DNA from: Canicola haemoglobinophilus
GTDB taxonomy: Bacteria; Pseudomonadota; Gammaproteobacteria; Enterobacterales; Pasteurellaceae
Length of the DNA stretch: 32,000 nt
Assembly: GCF_002015075.1 (NCBI RefSeq)
Contig: NZ_MUXZ01000051.1
Span: 1-32,000, forward strand
Direction of reading: 5' to 3'
This document shows positions 1 to 11,013 of the stretch, in pieces; position 1 is the stretch's first letter, and the number at the start of each line of letters is the position of its first letter. The notes under the pieces are model-generated. The model was not told the DNA's origin. It made no database searches and was given only the letters and a program-made list of their open reading frames with translations. Position numbers and translations under genes: made by a program.

Positions 1-33
1 AATTATGGGAGAGGCTCAAAGGGATTCAAAGTA

Positions 34-86
34 TAAAAAAAGACCTCTTAAAAATTGCGACATTGTTCACAAATTTAAGAGGTCTT
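34..86 (-). terminator. Rho-independent terminator downstream of ftsN
   Basis: A 13-bp perfect inverted repeat, aagacctcttaaa (40-52) / tttaagaggtctt (74-86). On the minus strand it is followed by a T-run (the A-run at 34-41). It lies just 3' of the ftsN stop at 108. Confidence 0.6.
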
Positions 87-107
87 AATAAATGAGGTTA
101 ATATTGA

Positions 108-878
108 TTACATACCAATAATGACACAATTACCAATAGATTTTGCTTTATCTAATGCCGCTTTAGTGGCATTACGATCACCGACTGGACCAACAACAAC
201 CCTGTTCCAATCTTCGCTACTATTAACGCGAGCATTAAATCCAGCCATGGATAAACGTGCTTGCATATTTTCTGCTTGAGCTCGGTTCTTGAATGCACCA
301 CATTGCAAACCAAATTTCTTCTCGGATGAATTTGTACTTGGCTTATTTTGGGTTGTTTGTACGCTTTGAGTTGGCTTAGCCGTCACAACCTCAGCTTTTT
401 TCTCTATTTTATTAACTTCTACTTTTGGTTTATCAGTCGTTACTGTTGATTTTGGTAGTTTGTCCTCTTTAGCTTTTTGTTCTTCTATTTTTTTACGTTC
501 TTCAATTTGATTAATTCTTGCTTGTTCAGCTGCTTTCTGCTCTTTTTCCATTTCTAGCAAAATTTTCTTCTGTTCTTCACTTAAACGCATATCTTTTTCT
601 AAAGATTTGGCATTATTATCAACGGGAACAGTTCTTGTTTCTAAAGCTTTGATATAGCTCCACACTTCTTCTGGTGGGGTTGGTAGAACACTTTTAGGCT
701 TTTCGGGTTTAGCCGATACTTGTGTAGTTGTATTTTTAGTTTTTGTTTTTAAAAAATATAATCCAGCTGCAAAGCCTAAAATAATCAAAAGTACCAAAGA
801 AATTAATAAGATTTTACTTTGTCCCTTTTTTTGTTTCTTCTTTTTAGAATTTGTATTTGCGATATAGTCTTTTGCCAC
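108..878 (-). CDS. ftsN: Cell division protein FtsN (SPOR domain)
   Basis: GTG start. Basic N-tail plus one TM segment (ILLISLVLLIILGFAAGLYFL). PPEEVWSYIKALE resembles the essential FtsN segment (E. coli ERWRYIKELE). K/E-rich linker. C-terminal SPOR-like domain (FGLQCGAFKNRAQAE...WNRVVVGPV). It neighbours priA as in E. coli. Confidence 0.85.
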   Translation of the reverse strand: MAKDYIANTNSKKKKQKKGQSKILLISLVLLIILGFAAGLYFLKTKTKNTTTQVSAKPEKPKSVLPTPPEEVWSYIKALETRTVPVDNNAKSLEKDMRLSEEQKKILLEMEKEQKAAEQARINQIEERKKIEEQKAKEDKLPKSTVTTDKPKVEVNKIEKKAEVVTAKPTQSVQTTQNKPSTNSSEKKFGLQCGAFKNRAQAENMQARLSMAGFNARVNSSEDWNRVVVGPVGDRNATKAALDKAKSIGNCVIIGM

Positions 879-954
879 AATAAAATCCTGAATAATGAGT
901 AATCAATAAAAAAATAAGCGCAATTCTACTTAAAAAGCTAGCACTAATCCAGTG

Positions 955-3147
955 CTAGCTTAAATCTAACGGATCTACATCTAAAACTAACCGCACTTGC
1001 TTTAATTTAAGCCCGTTTTCTTGTTGGAAAGCATGTAAAAGCTGTTGCAGCTCTATTTTAGAAGGATGCTGTAATAAAAGTTGCCAACGATATTGCCCCG
1101 CTTTTTTACTGAAAGGTGCAGGGATTGGGCCTAAAATTTGTAGGTTTTTGTTTGTTGCATTACGAAAATATTCTGCAATTTGGCTTAAGGTTTCTTCTGC
1201 TTCTTGGGAATAGCGACTCTGTGCTTTAAATAAGGCTTGGGCACTGAATGGTGGCAATCCCATATTCTTGCGTAAATTTAAGGCTTGTTGTGCAAAATGA
1301 GGATAGCCTTGACTTAATAAACTCACTAATAACGGATGATCTGGGTAGTGTGTTTGCAACACAACTTCACCTTGTTTCTCCGCTCTACCTGCTCGCCCTG
1401 CAACTTGAATATAAAGCTGCGCTAAACGTTCTTCTGCACGAAAATCTGTTGAGAACAGTGCACTGTCCACATTTAATAGCGCAACTAAAGTGACATTAGG
1501 GAAGTGATGCCCTTTGGCGAGCATTTGCGTGCCAATTAGAATTTGGCTTTTGCCTGATTGGATCTCTTGTAGGTATTGTTCCAATTTTCCTTTGCGTGAG
1601 GTGCTATCTCTGTCAATTCGGGTAATCTTGTAGGTGGGTAAGCGCTGGCTTAGGGTTTCTTCTAGCTGTTCAGTGCCTATACCTGTCGTAATTAAATGCG
1701 TGGAGCCACAATTTCCGCATTGCATTGGTATCGGTTTTTGTGTGCCACAATGATGACAACGTAGCGCGCGTTGTTGTTGATGATAAGTATAAGGTCTTTC
1801 ACAATGTTGACATTCTGCGATCCAACCACATTCGTGGCAAAGTAAAACAGGCGCAAAGCCACGGCGATTTAAGAACAATAAGACTTGATTGCCTTTTTCT
1901 AAATGGCTTTTCATCATGCCTAATAAGGTTTCAGATAACCCGTTGTGCACAATTTGTCGCTTTAAATCAATGACAGAATAACGAAGTGCGGTGCTATTTC
2001 CAGCTCTTTTTTGCAAAGTAATATGGCGATATTTACCTTGTTGCACATTATTGATACTTTCTAAACTTGGTGTTGCTGAGCCTAATACAATAGGAATATC
2101 AAGTTGTTTAGCATAAACTACCGCAAGATCTCTGGCATGATAACGCCAGCTATCTTGTTGTTTAAAAGAAAGATCATGTTCTTCATCAATAATGATCAAG
2201 CCAAGCTTTTTGAAGGGCGTAAATAAAGCGGATCTTGTGCCAATAATGACCGCACTTTCGCCATTTTTAGCGCGTTGCCACACATGTAAGCGCTGCGTGT
2301 CATTTAAGTTTGAATGTAGCACATCAATTTCAACATGAAACCTTGCTCGAAAACGTTGAACAGTTTGGGGGGTAAGTCCAATTTCTGGTACTAGCACTAA
2401 AACTTGTTTATCTTGCTTTAAAATTTCCTCAATAAATTGAAGGTAAATTTCTGTTTTTCCAGAGCCTGTTACGCCTTCTAATAACCAGCTAGTAAATCCC
2501 GATTGAAAGATCAATTGGCTGAGTGCCAACGTTTGTTCTTGGTTTAGTCTAAGGCGATCGCCTGCTTGTGCAATGGGTTGATGATTTAATTTTTGTTGCC
2601 AAGATAGACTTGGTTTTGAGATCTCTTGTTCAAGTACATATCCTTTGCTTTTTAATGCTGCCCAAATTTGGTTAGGGAAAGGATTGTTATTTTTTTCTGT
2701 GGCATGTTGTTGTAAGTAATTTAGTGCCTCAAGCTGTTTTTTGGCTCGCTTTAAGCTGTTATCTTTGAGAGCTTGTTGTCCTTGTTCCGTTAATTGAAAG
2801 AAAATTGTGGATTTTTCTACCGCACTTTCTCCTTGGCGTAGTTTAGTCGGTAAGCTACTGATTAAAACTTCGCCTAAGGGCGATTGATAATAACTAGCTG
2901 CCCAATGTAATAAGCGCCATAACTCAGGGGTAAAAATCGAACTGTCATCAATAACATTAATAATGCTTTTTAATTGTGAGGTCGCAATATCTGTTTGCTC
3001 GGGCAAGTCTGTCACAATACCGACCAACTTTTGTCTGCCAAAAGGCACTAATATGCGACAACCAATAGTGGCAGAAAGATCATCTGGAATGAGATAATCA
3101 AAACAACTGAATAAAGGAACGGCAAGAGCAACACGCACAAGTTTCAT
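955..3147 (-). CDS. priA: Primosomal replication-restart helicase PriA
   Basis: 730 aa. Walker A GVTGSGKT, DEEH box (IIIDEEHD), and a Cys-rich zinc region (CHECGWIAECQHCERPYTYH...CHHCG...CGNCGS). Confidence 0.97.
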   Translation of the reverse strand: MKLVRVALAVPLFSCFDYLIPDDLSATIGCRILVPFGRQKLVGIVTDLPEQTDIATSQLKSIINVIDDSSIFTPELWRLLHWAASYYQSPLGEVLISSLPTKLRQGESAVEKSTIFFQLTEQGQQALKDNSLKRAKKQLEALNYLQQHATEKNNNPFPNQIWAALKSKGYVLEQEISKPSLSWQQKLNHQPIAQAGDRLRLNQEQTLALSQLIFQSGFTSWLLEGVTGSGKTEIYLQFIEEILKQDKQVLVLVPEIGLTPQTVQRFRARFHVEIDVLHSNLNDTQRLHVWQRAKNGESAVIIGTRSALFTPFKKLGLIIIDEEHDLSFKQQDSWRYHARDLAVVYAKQLDIPIVLGSATPSLESINNVQQGKYRHITLQKRAGNSTALRYSVIDLKRQIVHNGLSETLLGMMKSHLEKGNQVLLFLNRRGFAPVLLCHECGWIAECQHCERPYTYHQQQRALRCHHCGTQKPIPMQCGNCGSTHLITTGIGTEQLEETLSQRLPTYKITRIDRDSTSRKGKLEQYLQEIQSGKSQILIGTQMLAKGHHFPNVTLVALLNVDSALFSTDFRAEERLAQLYIQVAGRAGRAEKQGEVVLQTHYPDHPLLVSLLSQGYPHFAQQALNLRKNMGLPPFSAQALFKAQSRYSQEAEETLSQIAEYFRNATNKNLQILGPIPAPFSKKAGQYRWQLLLQHPSKIELQQLLHAFQQENGLKLKQVRLVLDVDPLDLS

Positions 3148-3151
3148 AATA

Positions 3152-3961
3152 CTATTTTCCTTGTTGCGTTTGTGCTAGTTCATCTTTTTTCACTTCATCC
3201 CAAAAAATATCCATTTCAGCTAAAGATGAGTTTTCAAAGGTTTTATTCGCTTCTCGTAGTTTTTGTTCAACAGCTCGGAAACGACGTTCAAATTTTTGAT
3301 TTGCTTTGCGTAGGCTTTCTTCTGGGTTACATTTTAGATGACGGCTTAAATTCACCACAGCAAAGAGAAGATCGCCAATTTCTTCTTCAATTTTGGCTTG
3401 ATTAATATGATTGGCTTGATATTCCTGATTAACTTCTTCCAATTCTTCTTGCACCTTAGCGATAACAGGAGCGACTTGATCCCAATCAAAGCCAATTTTT
3501 GCACAGCGTTTTTGTAATTTTTCTGCTCTCATTAATGCTGGAAAAGCATGAGGAACATTATCTAAAATAGATTGATGACCTTTTTCAATATGCTCACTTT
3601 GTTTTACTTTGTTCCAATTTTGTAGCGCTTCTTCAGCATTATTCGCTTTCTGTTCGCCAAAAACATGTGGGTGGCGGCGCAGAATTTTTTCTATGACATT
3701 ATGTACTACATCATCAAAAGTAAAATATTGATCTTCCGTAGCGAGTTGGCTAAAGAATACGACCTGTAAGAGTAAATCCCCTAATTCTTCTTTTAGGTCA
3801 GGCATATTATTTTGTTCTATTGCTTCAATGACCTCATAAGTTTCCTCTGTTAAACAACTAATCATCGAATGATAATCTTGTTTTAAATCCCAAGGGCAGC
3901 CACCATTAGGGTTACGCAATTGAGCGATGATACGAATAAAATCTTGAATATTGTAGGTCAT
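3152..3961 (-). CDS. mazG: Nucleoside triphosphate pyrophosphohydrolase MazG
   Basis: 269 aa with two MazG-type repeats (CPWDLKQ..., EEXYE/EAIE motifs, RHPHVF). The stop lies 4 nt from the priA start, so the two are probably co-transcribed. Confidence 0.92.
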   Translation of the reverse strand: MTYNIQDFIRIIAQLRNPNGGCPWDLKQDYHSMISCLTEETYEVIEAIEQNNMPDLKEELGDLLLQVVFFSQLATEDQYFTFDDVVHNVIEKILRRHPHVFGEQKANNAEEALQNWNKVKQSEHIEKGHQSILDNVPHAFPALMRAEKLQKRCAKIGFDWDQVAPVIAKVQEELEEVNQEYQANHINQAKIEEEIGDLLFAVVNLSRHLKCNPEESLRKANQKFERRFRAVEQKLREANKTFENSSLAEMDIFWDEVKKDELAQTQQGK

Positions 3962-4131
3962 AAATCAATCTCGTGGAGTAAATAATATTGGAAACAAGAA
4001 TACCATAGCCTGATATGAACAAAAAAATGAAACTTTTTTTAAACTGTGATCTGGCGCAATTTTTTTTATTTTTTGCAATGTTAGTATAATTCCAACAATT
4101 AGTTAAACTTACTCAAAAGAAGGGGGCAATT

Positions 4132-4557
4132 ATGTATAAACATGTATTAGTCGCAGTGGATCTTTCAGATGAAAGTGGATTTTTGCTTGAAAAAGCAGCA
4201 AAAATAGCGAAACAGCATGATGCAAAATTATCTATTATTCATGTTGATGTGAATTTTTCCGATCTTTATACGGGTTTAATCGATGTTAATATGTCTTCAA
4301 TCCAAGATAGAATTTCAACGGAAACACATCAAGCCTTGATTGAGCTATCAGAACAATCTAGCTATCCAGTTTCTGAAAAATTGAGTGGTAGTGGTGATTT
4401 AGGTCAAGTTTTATCTGATGCTATTGAGCAATACCAAGTTGATCTATTAGTTACAGGTCATCATCAAGATTTCTGGAGTAAATTAATGTCCTCAACGCGT
4501 CAAGTGATGAATTCAATTAAAGTGGATATGTTAGTAGTACCACTTAGAGAAGAATAA
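4132..4557 (+). CDS. uspA: Universal stress protein A
   Basis: 141 aa Usp fold ([12 protein letters not shown]..., LLVTGHH..., VDMLVVPL). RBS AAGGGGG lies 6 nt upstream. TATAAT at 4085-4090. Confidence 0.9.
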   Translation: MYKHVLVAVDLSDESGFLLEKAAKIAKQHDAKLSIIHVDVNFSDLYTGLIDVNMSSIQDRISTETHQALIELSEQSSYPVSEKLSGSGDLGQVLSDAIEQYQVDLLVTGHHQDFWSKLMSSTRQVMNSIKVDMLVVPLREE

Positions 4558-4577
4558 GGATAACAAATATTAATGAT

Positions 4578-4602
4578 GGGCAACGTCAGTTGCCCTTTTT
4601 TA
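4578..4602 (+). terminator. Rho-independent terminator of uspA
   Basis: Stem gggcaac (4578-4584) / gttgccc (4589-4595), loop gtca, followed by a T-run at 4596-4602. Confidence 0.7.
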
Positions 4603-4749
4603 TTGGTGCTAAAATATAGTTTTGAGATACTCTTTGTTATAACTTAAAAGAATATAGAAATCAGCTAAAAAGTTTTTTTATAAATGTAAAAAATGTGCAA
4701 CAATAAGCAAGTTTTTTCCCAGATTAACAAGATACAACAAGGTTTTTTA

Positions 4750-7374
4750 ATGAAAACAACAGCAGAAATTAGACAGGCTTTTTTGGATTTTTTCCACAGC
4801 AAAGGGCATCAAGTTGTAGATAGTAGTTCTTTGGTACCAGAAAATGATCCAACTTTACTTTTTACTAATGCAGGTATGAATCAATTTAAGGATGTTTTTC
4901 TTGGTTTAGATAAACGTTCTTATTCAAGAGCAACCACAGCGCAGCGCTGTGTGCGTGCTGGTGGTAAACATAATGATTTAGAAAATGTTGGTTATACCGC
5001 TCGTCATCATACTTTCTTTGAAATGCTTGGAAATTTTAGTTTTGGCGATTATTTCAAACAAGATGCAATTAAATTTGGTTGGGAGTTTTTAACTTCACCA
5101 CAGTGGCTTGGTTTACCAAAAGAAAAATTATATGTCACCGTGTATGAAACTGATGATGAAGCTTATGATATTTGGCATAAGGAAGTTGGTGTGCCAGAAA
5201 ATCATATTATCCGCATAGGCGATAATAAAGGGGCTCCTTATGCTTCTGATAACTTCTGGGCAATGGGGGACACTGGTCCTTGCGGTCCTTGTACAGAGAT
5301 TTTTTATGATCATGGTGATCATATTTGGGGCGGTTTACCAGGCCGCGCAGAAGAAGATGGCGACCGTTATATTGAAGTTTGGAATATCGTATTCATGCAA
5401 TTCAACCGCCTTGCTGATGGCACAATGGAAAAATTACCAAAACCATCGGTTGACACTGGTATGGGATTAGAGCGCATTAGTGCAGTAATGCAGCATGTCA
5501 ATTCAAACTATGACATTGATATTTTCCAAAAATTAATTGCGAAGGTTGCTGAACTTACAGGCGAAAAAGATTTAACAAATAAATCATTACGCGTGATTGC
5601 TGACCATATTCGCTCTTGTGCTTATTTGATTGCAGATGGTGTTATTCCTTCTAATGAAGGTCGTGGCTATGTTCTACGTCGTATCATCCGCCGTGCAGTT
5701 CGTCATGGTCATTTATTAGGTGCTAAAGGTGCTTTTTTCTATAAATTAGTGCCAACATTAATTGATGTAATGGCGGCAGCTGGTAAGGATGTTAAAGAGA
5801 AACAGGCTAATGTTGAAAAATTATTACGTTTAGAAGAAGAGCAATTTGCTCGTACTTTAGAGCGTGGTTTAGCTTTATTAGATGATGCGTTAGCGAATGT
5901 AAAAGATGGCGTGTTATCTGGCGAAGTTGCCTTCAAATTATATGATACTTATGGTTTCCCATTAGATCTTACTGCGGATGTTTGTCGTGAACGTGATATT
6001 CGCATTGATGAAGAAGGCTTCGATCGTGAAATGGAAGCACAACGTTTACGTGCGCAATCTGCAAGTCAATTTGGCGTAGATTACAATAATGTCATTCGTG
6101 TAGATGGAACTACTACTTTTGAAGGTTATACCGAAGCAGAATCTTTAGCAAAAGTGACCGCACTTTTCTATGAGGGTAAATCTGTTGAGAGCATTAGTGC
6201 TGGGCAAAGTGCGGTTGTTATTTTGGAAAATACACCATTTTATGCGGAGTCTGGTGGCCAAATCGGTGACAGCGGTCGTTTAAGTGCTGCGAACATGTTG
6301 TTTGATGTAAAAGATACACAAAAATATGGGCAAGTTTTTGGACATATTGGTGAATTAATTCAAGGAACATTAAGCGTTGGCCAAACTATTAATGCGGTTG
6401 TTGATGTAGAGCGCCGTACACAAACTTCATTAAATCACAGTGCAACTCATTTATTGCATGCTGCTTTACGTCAAGTTCTGGGAACTCATGTGGCGCAAAA
6501 AGGTTCACTGGTATCAGACACAGCGCTACGTTTTGACTTTGTTCAGCCTGAAGCAATTAGCCAAGCGCAATTATTTGAAGTTGAGCGTATTGTCAACCAA
6601 CATATTCGTGCGAATCACCCTGTTGTTACTGAAGTTATGCCGATTGATGAAGCAAAAGCGAAGGGCGCAATGGCGTTATTTGGCGAGAAATATGGTGATG
6701 TTGTTCGTGTTGTGACTATGAGTGAGTTTTCTGTGGAGCTTTGCGGTGGTATTCACGTGAAACGTACTGGCGAAATTGGGTTATTCAAGATTATTTCTGA
6801 ATCTGCTATTGCTGCTGGCGTTCGTCGTGTTGAAGCTGTAACTGGTAATGCTGCAATTCATTGGTTGCAACAACAGCAAGAACTATTGATGCAAAGTGCG
6901 GATTTATTGAAATCTGATACAAATTCATTAGTAGAAAAAATTCAGCAATTGCAAGACAAAGCGAAGAAAGCGGAGAAAGAACTACAAGCATTAAAAGAAA
7001 AATCTGCAATGCAAGCTGGGTCTGATCTTGCTAAAAGTGCGGTAAAAATTAATGGTATTTCTGTTATTGTTCAGCAACTTGAGGGGATGGATGCAAAATC
7101 CTTACGAGTTGTGGTTGATGATTTGAAAAACCAATTAGGATCCGCTGTAATTGCTTTTGTAACTAAGAGTGAAGATAAAGTTAATTTAATTGTCGGCGTC
7201 ACTGCTGATTTAACTGCTAAAGTTAAAGCTGGCGAGTTGGTTAACTTAATGGCACAACAAGTTGGAGGTAAAGGCGGTGGTCGTCCTGATATGGCAATGG
7301 CAGGTGGATCACAACCAGAAAATATCTCTAATGCGTTAACGATTTGTAACGAATGGTTACAGAACAATTTGTAA
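4750..7374 (+). CDS. alaS: Alanine--tRNA ligase
   Basis: Class II AlaRS motifs ([23 protein letters not shown]), editing-domain [11 protein letters not shown] and CGGIHV, and a C-terminal GGGRPDMA segment. I moved the start to ATG 4750 ([15 protein letters not shown]) rather than the ORF-track 4693. Confidence 0.97.
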   Translation: MKTTAEIRQAFLDFFHSKGHQVVDSSSLVPENDPTLLFTNAGMNQFKDVFLGLDKRSYSRATTAQRCVRAGGKHNDLENVGYTARHHTFFEMLGNFSFGDYFKQDAIKFGWEFLTSPQWLGLPKEKLYVTVYETDDEAYDIWHKEVGVPENHIIRIGDNKGAPYASDNFWAMGDTGPCGPCTEIFYDHGDHIWGGLPGRAEEDGDRYIEVWNIVFMQFNRLADGTMEKLPKPSVDTGMGLERISAVMQHVNSNYDIDIFQKLIAKVAELTGEKDLTNKSLRVIADHIRSCAYLIADGVIPSNEGRGYVLRRIIRRAVRHGHLLGAKGAFFYKLVPTLIDVMAAAGKDVKEKQANVEKLLRLEEEQFARTLERGLALLDDALANVKDGVLSGEVAFKLYDTYGFPLDLTADVCRERDIRIDEEGFDREMEAQRLRAQSASQFGVDYNNVIRVDGTTTFEGYTEAESLAKVTALFYEGKSVESISAGQSAVVILENTPFYAESGGQIGDSGRLSAANMLFDVKDTQKYGQVFGHIGELIQGTLSVGQTINAVVDVERRTQTSLNHSATHLLHAALRQVLGTHVAQKGSLVSDTALRFDFVQPEAISQAQLFEVERIVNQHIRANHPVVTEVMPIDEAKAKGAMALFGEKYGDVVRVVTMSEFSVELCGGIHVKRTGEIGLFKIISESAIAAGVRRVEAVTGNAAIHWLQQQQELLMQSADLLKSDTNSLVEKIQQLQDKAKKAEKELQALKEKSAMQAGSDLAKSAVKINGISVIVQQLEGMDAKSLRVVVDDLKNQLGSAVIAFVTKSEDKVNLIVGVTADLTAKVKAGELVNLMAQQVGGKGGGRPDMAMAGGSQPENISNALTICNEWLQNNL

Positions 7375-7539
7375 AATAAAATTTTTGTGTTATAGCTCAC
7401 ATTTTTGAATATTATTCATCTATTTGTGAGAATAAATAACGTAGAATGTGAGCTAGATAACACTTTATTATTTAAACTAAAAATAAGGATTTTAAGAAAG
7501 ATAGGGATGTTATAAATTCAAATGAAATGAGAGAGTTGT

Positions 7540-7722
7540 ATGCTAATATTAACCAGAAAAGTGGGCGAGAGCTTACTCATTGGCGATGATATTTCTATCA
7601 CGATATTAAATATACGTGGCAATCAAGTAAAAATTGGTGTTGATGCACCGAAAGATGTTTCTGTTCATAGAGAGGAAATTTACCAGCGCATTAAAGATGC
7701 ACAGGATGAACAGCCGTCTTAA
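7540..7722 (+). CDS. csrA: Carbon storage regulator CsrA
   Basis: 60 aa, [48 protein letters not shown]. This is the canonical CsrA sequence, and the gene lies downstream of alaS as in E. coli. Confidence 0.97.
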   Translation: MLILTRKVGESLLIGDDISITILNIRGNQVKIGVDAPKDVSVHREEIYQRIKDAQDEQPS

Positions 7723-7755
7723 TGGCTTTTGTAATTGGTAAGATATGGAGAAATT

Positions 7756-9120
7756 ATGAGTAAATTGACTTGTTTCAAAGCGTACGATATTCGTGGTCGT
7801 TTAGGCGATGAATTAAATGTGGATATTGTATATCGTATTGGTCGTGCTTTCGGACAATTTTTAAAGCCCAAAACGATTGTTGTCGGTGGAGATGTTCGTT
7901 TAACCAGTAAAGAATTAAAAAGTGCGGTAACTAATGGACTTTTAGATTCAGGGGTGAATGTCATTGATTTGGGCGAAGTTGGCACAGAAGAAGTCTATTT
8001 TGCTACTTCATTCTTAAAAGCTGATGGTGGTATTGAAGTAACTGCAAGTCATAATCCTATGGATTACAATGGATTAAAACTTGTACGTGAAGGCTCCCGC
8101 CCTATTAGCGCTGATACAGGTTTAGCTGATATTCAACGTCTTGCGGAAGAAAATAATTTTGCTCCAGTAACACAACGAGGAGAATATAAACAGCTTTCAG
8201 TATTAGGCGACTATGTTGAACATCTCTTATCTTATATCAATTTAGAAAATCTAAAACCAATGAAATTGGTAATTAATTCAGGTAATGGTGCTGCTGGTCA
8301 TGTTATTGATGCGATTGAAGCTCAATTCCGTGCAAAACGTGTACCTGTTGAATTTGTAAAAGTCCATAATAATCCAGATGGTACTTTCCCAAATGGAATT
8401 CCTAACCCAATCCTACATGAAAATCGTCAAGATACTATTGATGCTGTGCTTGAGCATAAAGCTGATATGGGTATTGCTTTCGATGGTGATTTTGACCGTT
8501 GTTTCTTGTTTGATGAAAATGGTGGTTTTATTGAAGGTTACTATATCGTTGGTCTATTAGGACAAGCATTCTTACAGAAAAATAAAGGTGCTAAGATCAT
8601 TTATGATCCACGTTTAATTTGGAACACGATTAAATTAGTGGAAGAAAATGGCGGTGAAGCTGTGATGTCTAAATCTGGACATTCTTTCATTAAGGAAAAA
8701 ATGCGTGCCGTTGATGCTATTTATGGCGGCGAAATGAGTGCTCATCACTATTTCCGCGATTTCTTCTATTGTGATAGTGGAATGATTCCTTGGCTGCTTG
8801 TTATGGAATTAGTGTCTAGCACAGGTAAGTCATTAGGCGAATTAGTTGGTAATAGCCTTGAAACTTATCCATCTCCAGGTGAAATTAATAGTAAACTAGT
8901 GGATGCGAAATCTGCTATTGCTCGTGTTCGTGCTGCTTATGAAAAAGACTCTATCAGCGTGGATGAAACTGATGGTATCAGTATTGAATATCCAAATTGG
9001 CGTTTCAATTTACGTAGTTCAAATACAGAACCTGTTGTTCGCTTAAATTTAGAAACGCGTGGTGATAAGCAATTAATGACAGAAAAAACAGAAGAAATTC
9101 TATCTTTATTACGCCAATAA
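7756..9120 (+). CDS. manB: Phosphomannomutase/phosphoglucomutase (CpsG/ManB type)
   Basis: Phosphoserine loop [11 protein letters not shown], Mg loop [16 protein letters not shown]. As I remember it, the sequence is collinear with E. coli CpsG from [14 protein letters not shown]. Start set at ATG 7756 with GGAG 6 nt upstream. Confidence 0.9.
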   Translation: MSKLTCFKAYDIRGRLGDELNVDIVYRIGRAFGQFLKPKTIVVGGDVRLTSKELKSAVTNGLLDSGVNVIDLGEVGTEEVYFATSFLKADGGIEVTASHNPMDYNGLKLVREGSRPISADTGLADIQRLAEENNFAPVTQRGEYKQLSVLGDYVEHLLSYINLENLKPMKLVINSGNGAAGHVIDAIEAQFRAKRVPVEFVKVHNNPDGTFPNGIPNPILHENRQDTIDAVLEHKADMGIAFDGDFDRCFLFDENGGFIEGYYIVGLLGQAFLQKNKGAKIIYDPRLIWNTIKLVEENGGEAVMSKSGHSFIKEKMRAVDAIYGGEMSAHHYFRDFFYCDSGMIPWLLVMELVSSTGKSLGELVGNSLETYPSPGEINSKLVDAKSAIARVRAAYEKDSISVDETDGISIEYPNWRFNLRSSNTEPVVRLNLETRGDKQLMTEKTEEILSLLRQ

Positions 9121-9139
9121 TTGACTCAAAAAAGAAACC

Positions 9140-9170
9140 GCACTTTGTGAACGCAAAGTGCTGTTGTTTA
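9140..9170 (+). terminator. Terminator of manB built on a USS / degenerate inverse USS
   Basis: Stem gcactttg (9140-9147) / caaagtgc (9154-9161), followed by T-rich tgttgtttatt. The left arm is part of the exact USS at 9137-9145. Confidence 0.6.
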
Positions 9171-9194
9171 TTATCCTAATTTAAGGACGTTAAA

Positions 9195-10082
9195 ATGAAA
9201 GTAATCATTCCTGTTGCTGGTTTAGGAACCCGTATGCTACCAGCAACTAAAGCTATTCCAAAAGAAATGTTAACGTTGGTTGATAAGCCATTAATTCAGT
9301 ATGTGGTAAATGAATGTGTCAATGCGGGGATCAAAGAGATTGTATTAGTCACTCATTCTTCTAAGAACGCCATAGAAAATCATTTTGATACTTCTTTTGA
9401 ATTAGAAACAATGTTGGAAAAACGGGTTAAACGTCAATTATTAGAAGAAGTGCGGTCTATTTGTCCGAAGGATGTGACTATTATGCATGTTCGTCAAGGT
9501 AATGCTAAAGGATTGGGGCATGCTGTACTTTGTGGACGTCCGCTTGTTGGTAATGAAGCTTTTGCTGTTGTTTTACCTGATGTATTGCTCGCAGAGTTTA
9601 GTGCTAATCAAAAAACAGAAAATCTGGCAGCCATGCTTAAGCGTTTTAAAGAAACAGGAAATAGCCAGATAATGGTTTCGCCTGTCGCTGATAAAGATAT
9701 TAGCAGTTATGGTATTGTTGATTGTGATGGCATTATTTTAAATGGCGGAGAGAGTACTCAGATTAAAAATATTGTAGAGAAACCTACAATTGAAGAGGCT
9801 CCTTCTAATTTAGCTGTCGTTGGACGTTATGTTTTCTCTGATACAATTTGGGATTTATTAGAAAAAGCACCTATTGGTATTGGTGATGAAATTCAACTGA
9901 CAGATGCTATTGATATGTTAATTGACAAGGAAATTGTTGAAGCATTTCATATGACAGGAAAGACCTTTGATTGCGGAGATAAAATTGGATATATGCAAGC
10001 TTTTGTTGAATATAGCATCCAACATCCTCAATTAGGCGAAAAATTTAAAGGTTATTTAAAAGAACTTGTGAAAGAACTATAA
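9195..10082 (+). CDS. galU: UTP--glucose-1-phosphate uridylyltransferase
   Basis: [22 protein letters not shown]-terminal signature, VEKP motif, 295 aa, RBS AAGGA. Confidence 0.95.
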   Translation: MKVIIPVAGLGTRMLPATKAIPKEMLTLVDKPLIQYVVNECVNAGIKEIVLVTHSSKNAIENHFDTSFELETMLEKRVKRQLLEEVRSICPKDVTIMHVRQGNAKGLGHAVLCGRPLVGNEAFAVVLPDVLLAEFSANQKTENLAAMLKRFKETGNSQIMVSPVADKDISSYGIVDCDGIILNGGESTQIKNIVEKPTIEEAPSNLAVVGRYVFSDTIWDLLEKAPIGIGDEIQLTDAIDMLIDKEIVEAFHMTGKTFDCGDKIGYMQAFVEYSIQHPQLGEKFKGYLKELVKEL

Positions 10083-10110
10083 AAGTAAAAAGTGTTCTTT
10101 ACTAAATTTT

Positions 10111-10158
10111 AATCTGCTCCTCAATAGAAAAAGTATTCTATTGAGGAGCAGATTTTTT
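10111..10158 (+). terminator. galU terminator overlapping the 3' end of dam
   Basis: An 18-bp perfect stem, aatctgctcctcaataga (10111-10128) / tctattgaggagcagatt (10137-10154), with an 8-nt loop and a following T-run at 10155-10158. The right arm encodes the last codons of the convergent dam gene. Confidence 0.75.
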
Positions 10159-11007
10159 ATGGCTAAATACTGCGATGAGTTCGTTTACTTTAATTCTTTT
10201 ATGGGATGATTGGCTGATTGAACGTTGGACTTTTAAGCGTTTAATTTTTGCACCTTTGTAAATTTCCCTAGTAAATTTAGTGTCGTGATTAGATATTAGC
10301 ACTGGGATTTTATGCTCAAGCGCAGTATCTTTTGCCAGTTGAGCTAAATTTTGCTGGTGAGATAAAGAAAATTCATTGCCTGCATAGCTAGTAAAATTTG
10401 AGTTTTGCTTGAGTGGTGCATAAGGCGGATCGCAATAAATCACTGCATTATCATTGAGCATCGAAAAGGCTTGTTGAAAATCAGCACAAATAAAGACCGC
10501 TCTTTGTGCTTTTTGTGCAAAATAACGTAATTCAGCTTCTGGGAAATAATGTGTTTTATAGCTACCAAAAGGAACATTAAATTCTCCCTTAGCATTGTAT
10601 CTACATAATCCATTGAAACCATATCTGTTCAAATATAGAAACAAAACAGCACGTTCAAAAATATTCTTGGATAAATTAAATTCTGTTCTACGGCTATAAT
10701 AATAATCAGCTGTATTAGCTTGAGGATGAAAAAAGATTGGCTTACACGCATCAATATAATGCTGAACATCTTGCTTTACGATATTGAATAAATGGATGAG
10801 ATCTGGATTGATATCTATTAGAACATAGCGCTCAAAATCTGTATTTAAGAATACGGAACCAGCTCCTACGAATGGTTCAATCAAACAAGTTTTATCTTTA
10901 GGTAAAAGTTTATTGATTTCTTCCGTTAAACGAAACTTACCACCTGCCCATTTTAGAAATGGGCGATATTTCACTGGATTAGATGAAGCGGAGATGTCTT
11001 TAGACAT
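10138..11007 (-). CDS. dam: DNA adenine methyltransferase Dam (GATC)
   Basis: FLKWAGGK, SAM-binding EPFVGAGSVFLN, and catalytic DPPY (YCDPPYAPL). The start is 6 nt after the aroB stop, matching the conserved aroK-aroB-dam order. Confidence 0.95.
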   Translation of the reverse strand: MSKDISASSNPVKYRPFLKWAGGKFRLTEEINKLLPKDKTCLIEPFVGAGSVFLNTDFERYVLIDINPDLIHLFNIVKQDVQHYIDACKPIFFHPQANTADYYYSRRTEFNLSKNIFERAVLFLYLNRYGFNGLCRYNAKGEFNVPFGSYKTHYFPEAELRYFAQKAQRAVFICADFQQAFSMLNDNAVIYCDPPYAPLKQNSNFTSYAGNEFSLSHQQNLAQLAKDTALEHKIPVLISNHDTKFTREIYKGAKIKRLKVQRSISQSSHKRIKVNELIAVFSHKKSAPQ

Positions 11008-11013
11008 GAAAAT

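Noticed and set aside
1248-1973. ORF-track plus-strand ORFs 1248-1493 and 1725-1973
   Set aside because: They lie entirely antisense inside the well-supported priA gene, have no RBS and give low-complexity translations. They are shadow ORFs.
3172-3405. 77-aa plus-strand ORF
   Set aside because: It is antisense within mazG and is a shadow ORF.
4045-4060. tgtgatctggcgcaat upstream of uspA as a possible CRP site
   Set aside because: Only one good half-site (TGTGA) is present, and the second half (GCAAT) departs from TCACA.
4693-4749. 19-codon N-terminal extension of alaS ([19 protein letters not shown])
   Set aside because: The conserved AlaRS N-terminus begins at [11 protein letters not shown] (ATG 4750), and the extension has no recognisable features.
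5128-7400. Several 60-109-aa ORFs on both strands (5128-5322, 5240-5470, 5739-5936, 6440-6715, 6806-7009, 7071-7400)
   Set aside because: All are nested in or antisense to alaS. They are frame-shadow products of a long, codon-biased gene.
7719-7985. 88-aa minus-strand ORF, and the 7-codon extension of manB from 7735
   Set aside because: The ORF is antisense to the csrA end and manB start. The manB homology, as I recall CpsG, begins at [14 protein letters not shown], with GGAG upstream of ATG 7756.
8378-9672. 60-61-aa plus-strand ORFs 8378-8560 and 9487-9672
   Set aside because: They are out-of-frame overlaps inside manB and galU.
10440-10622. 60-aa minus-strand ORF inside dam
   Set aside because: It is an alternative frame of dam with no independent support.
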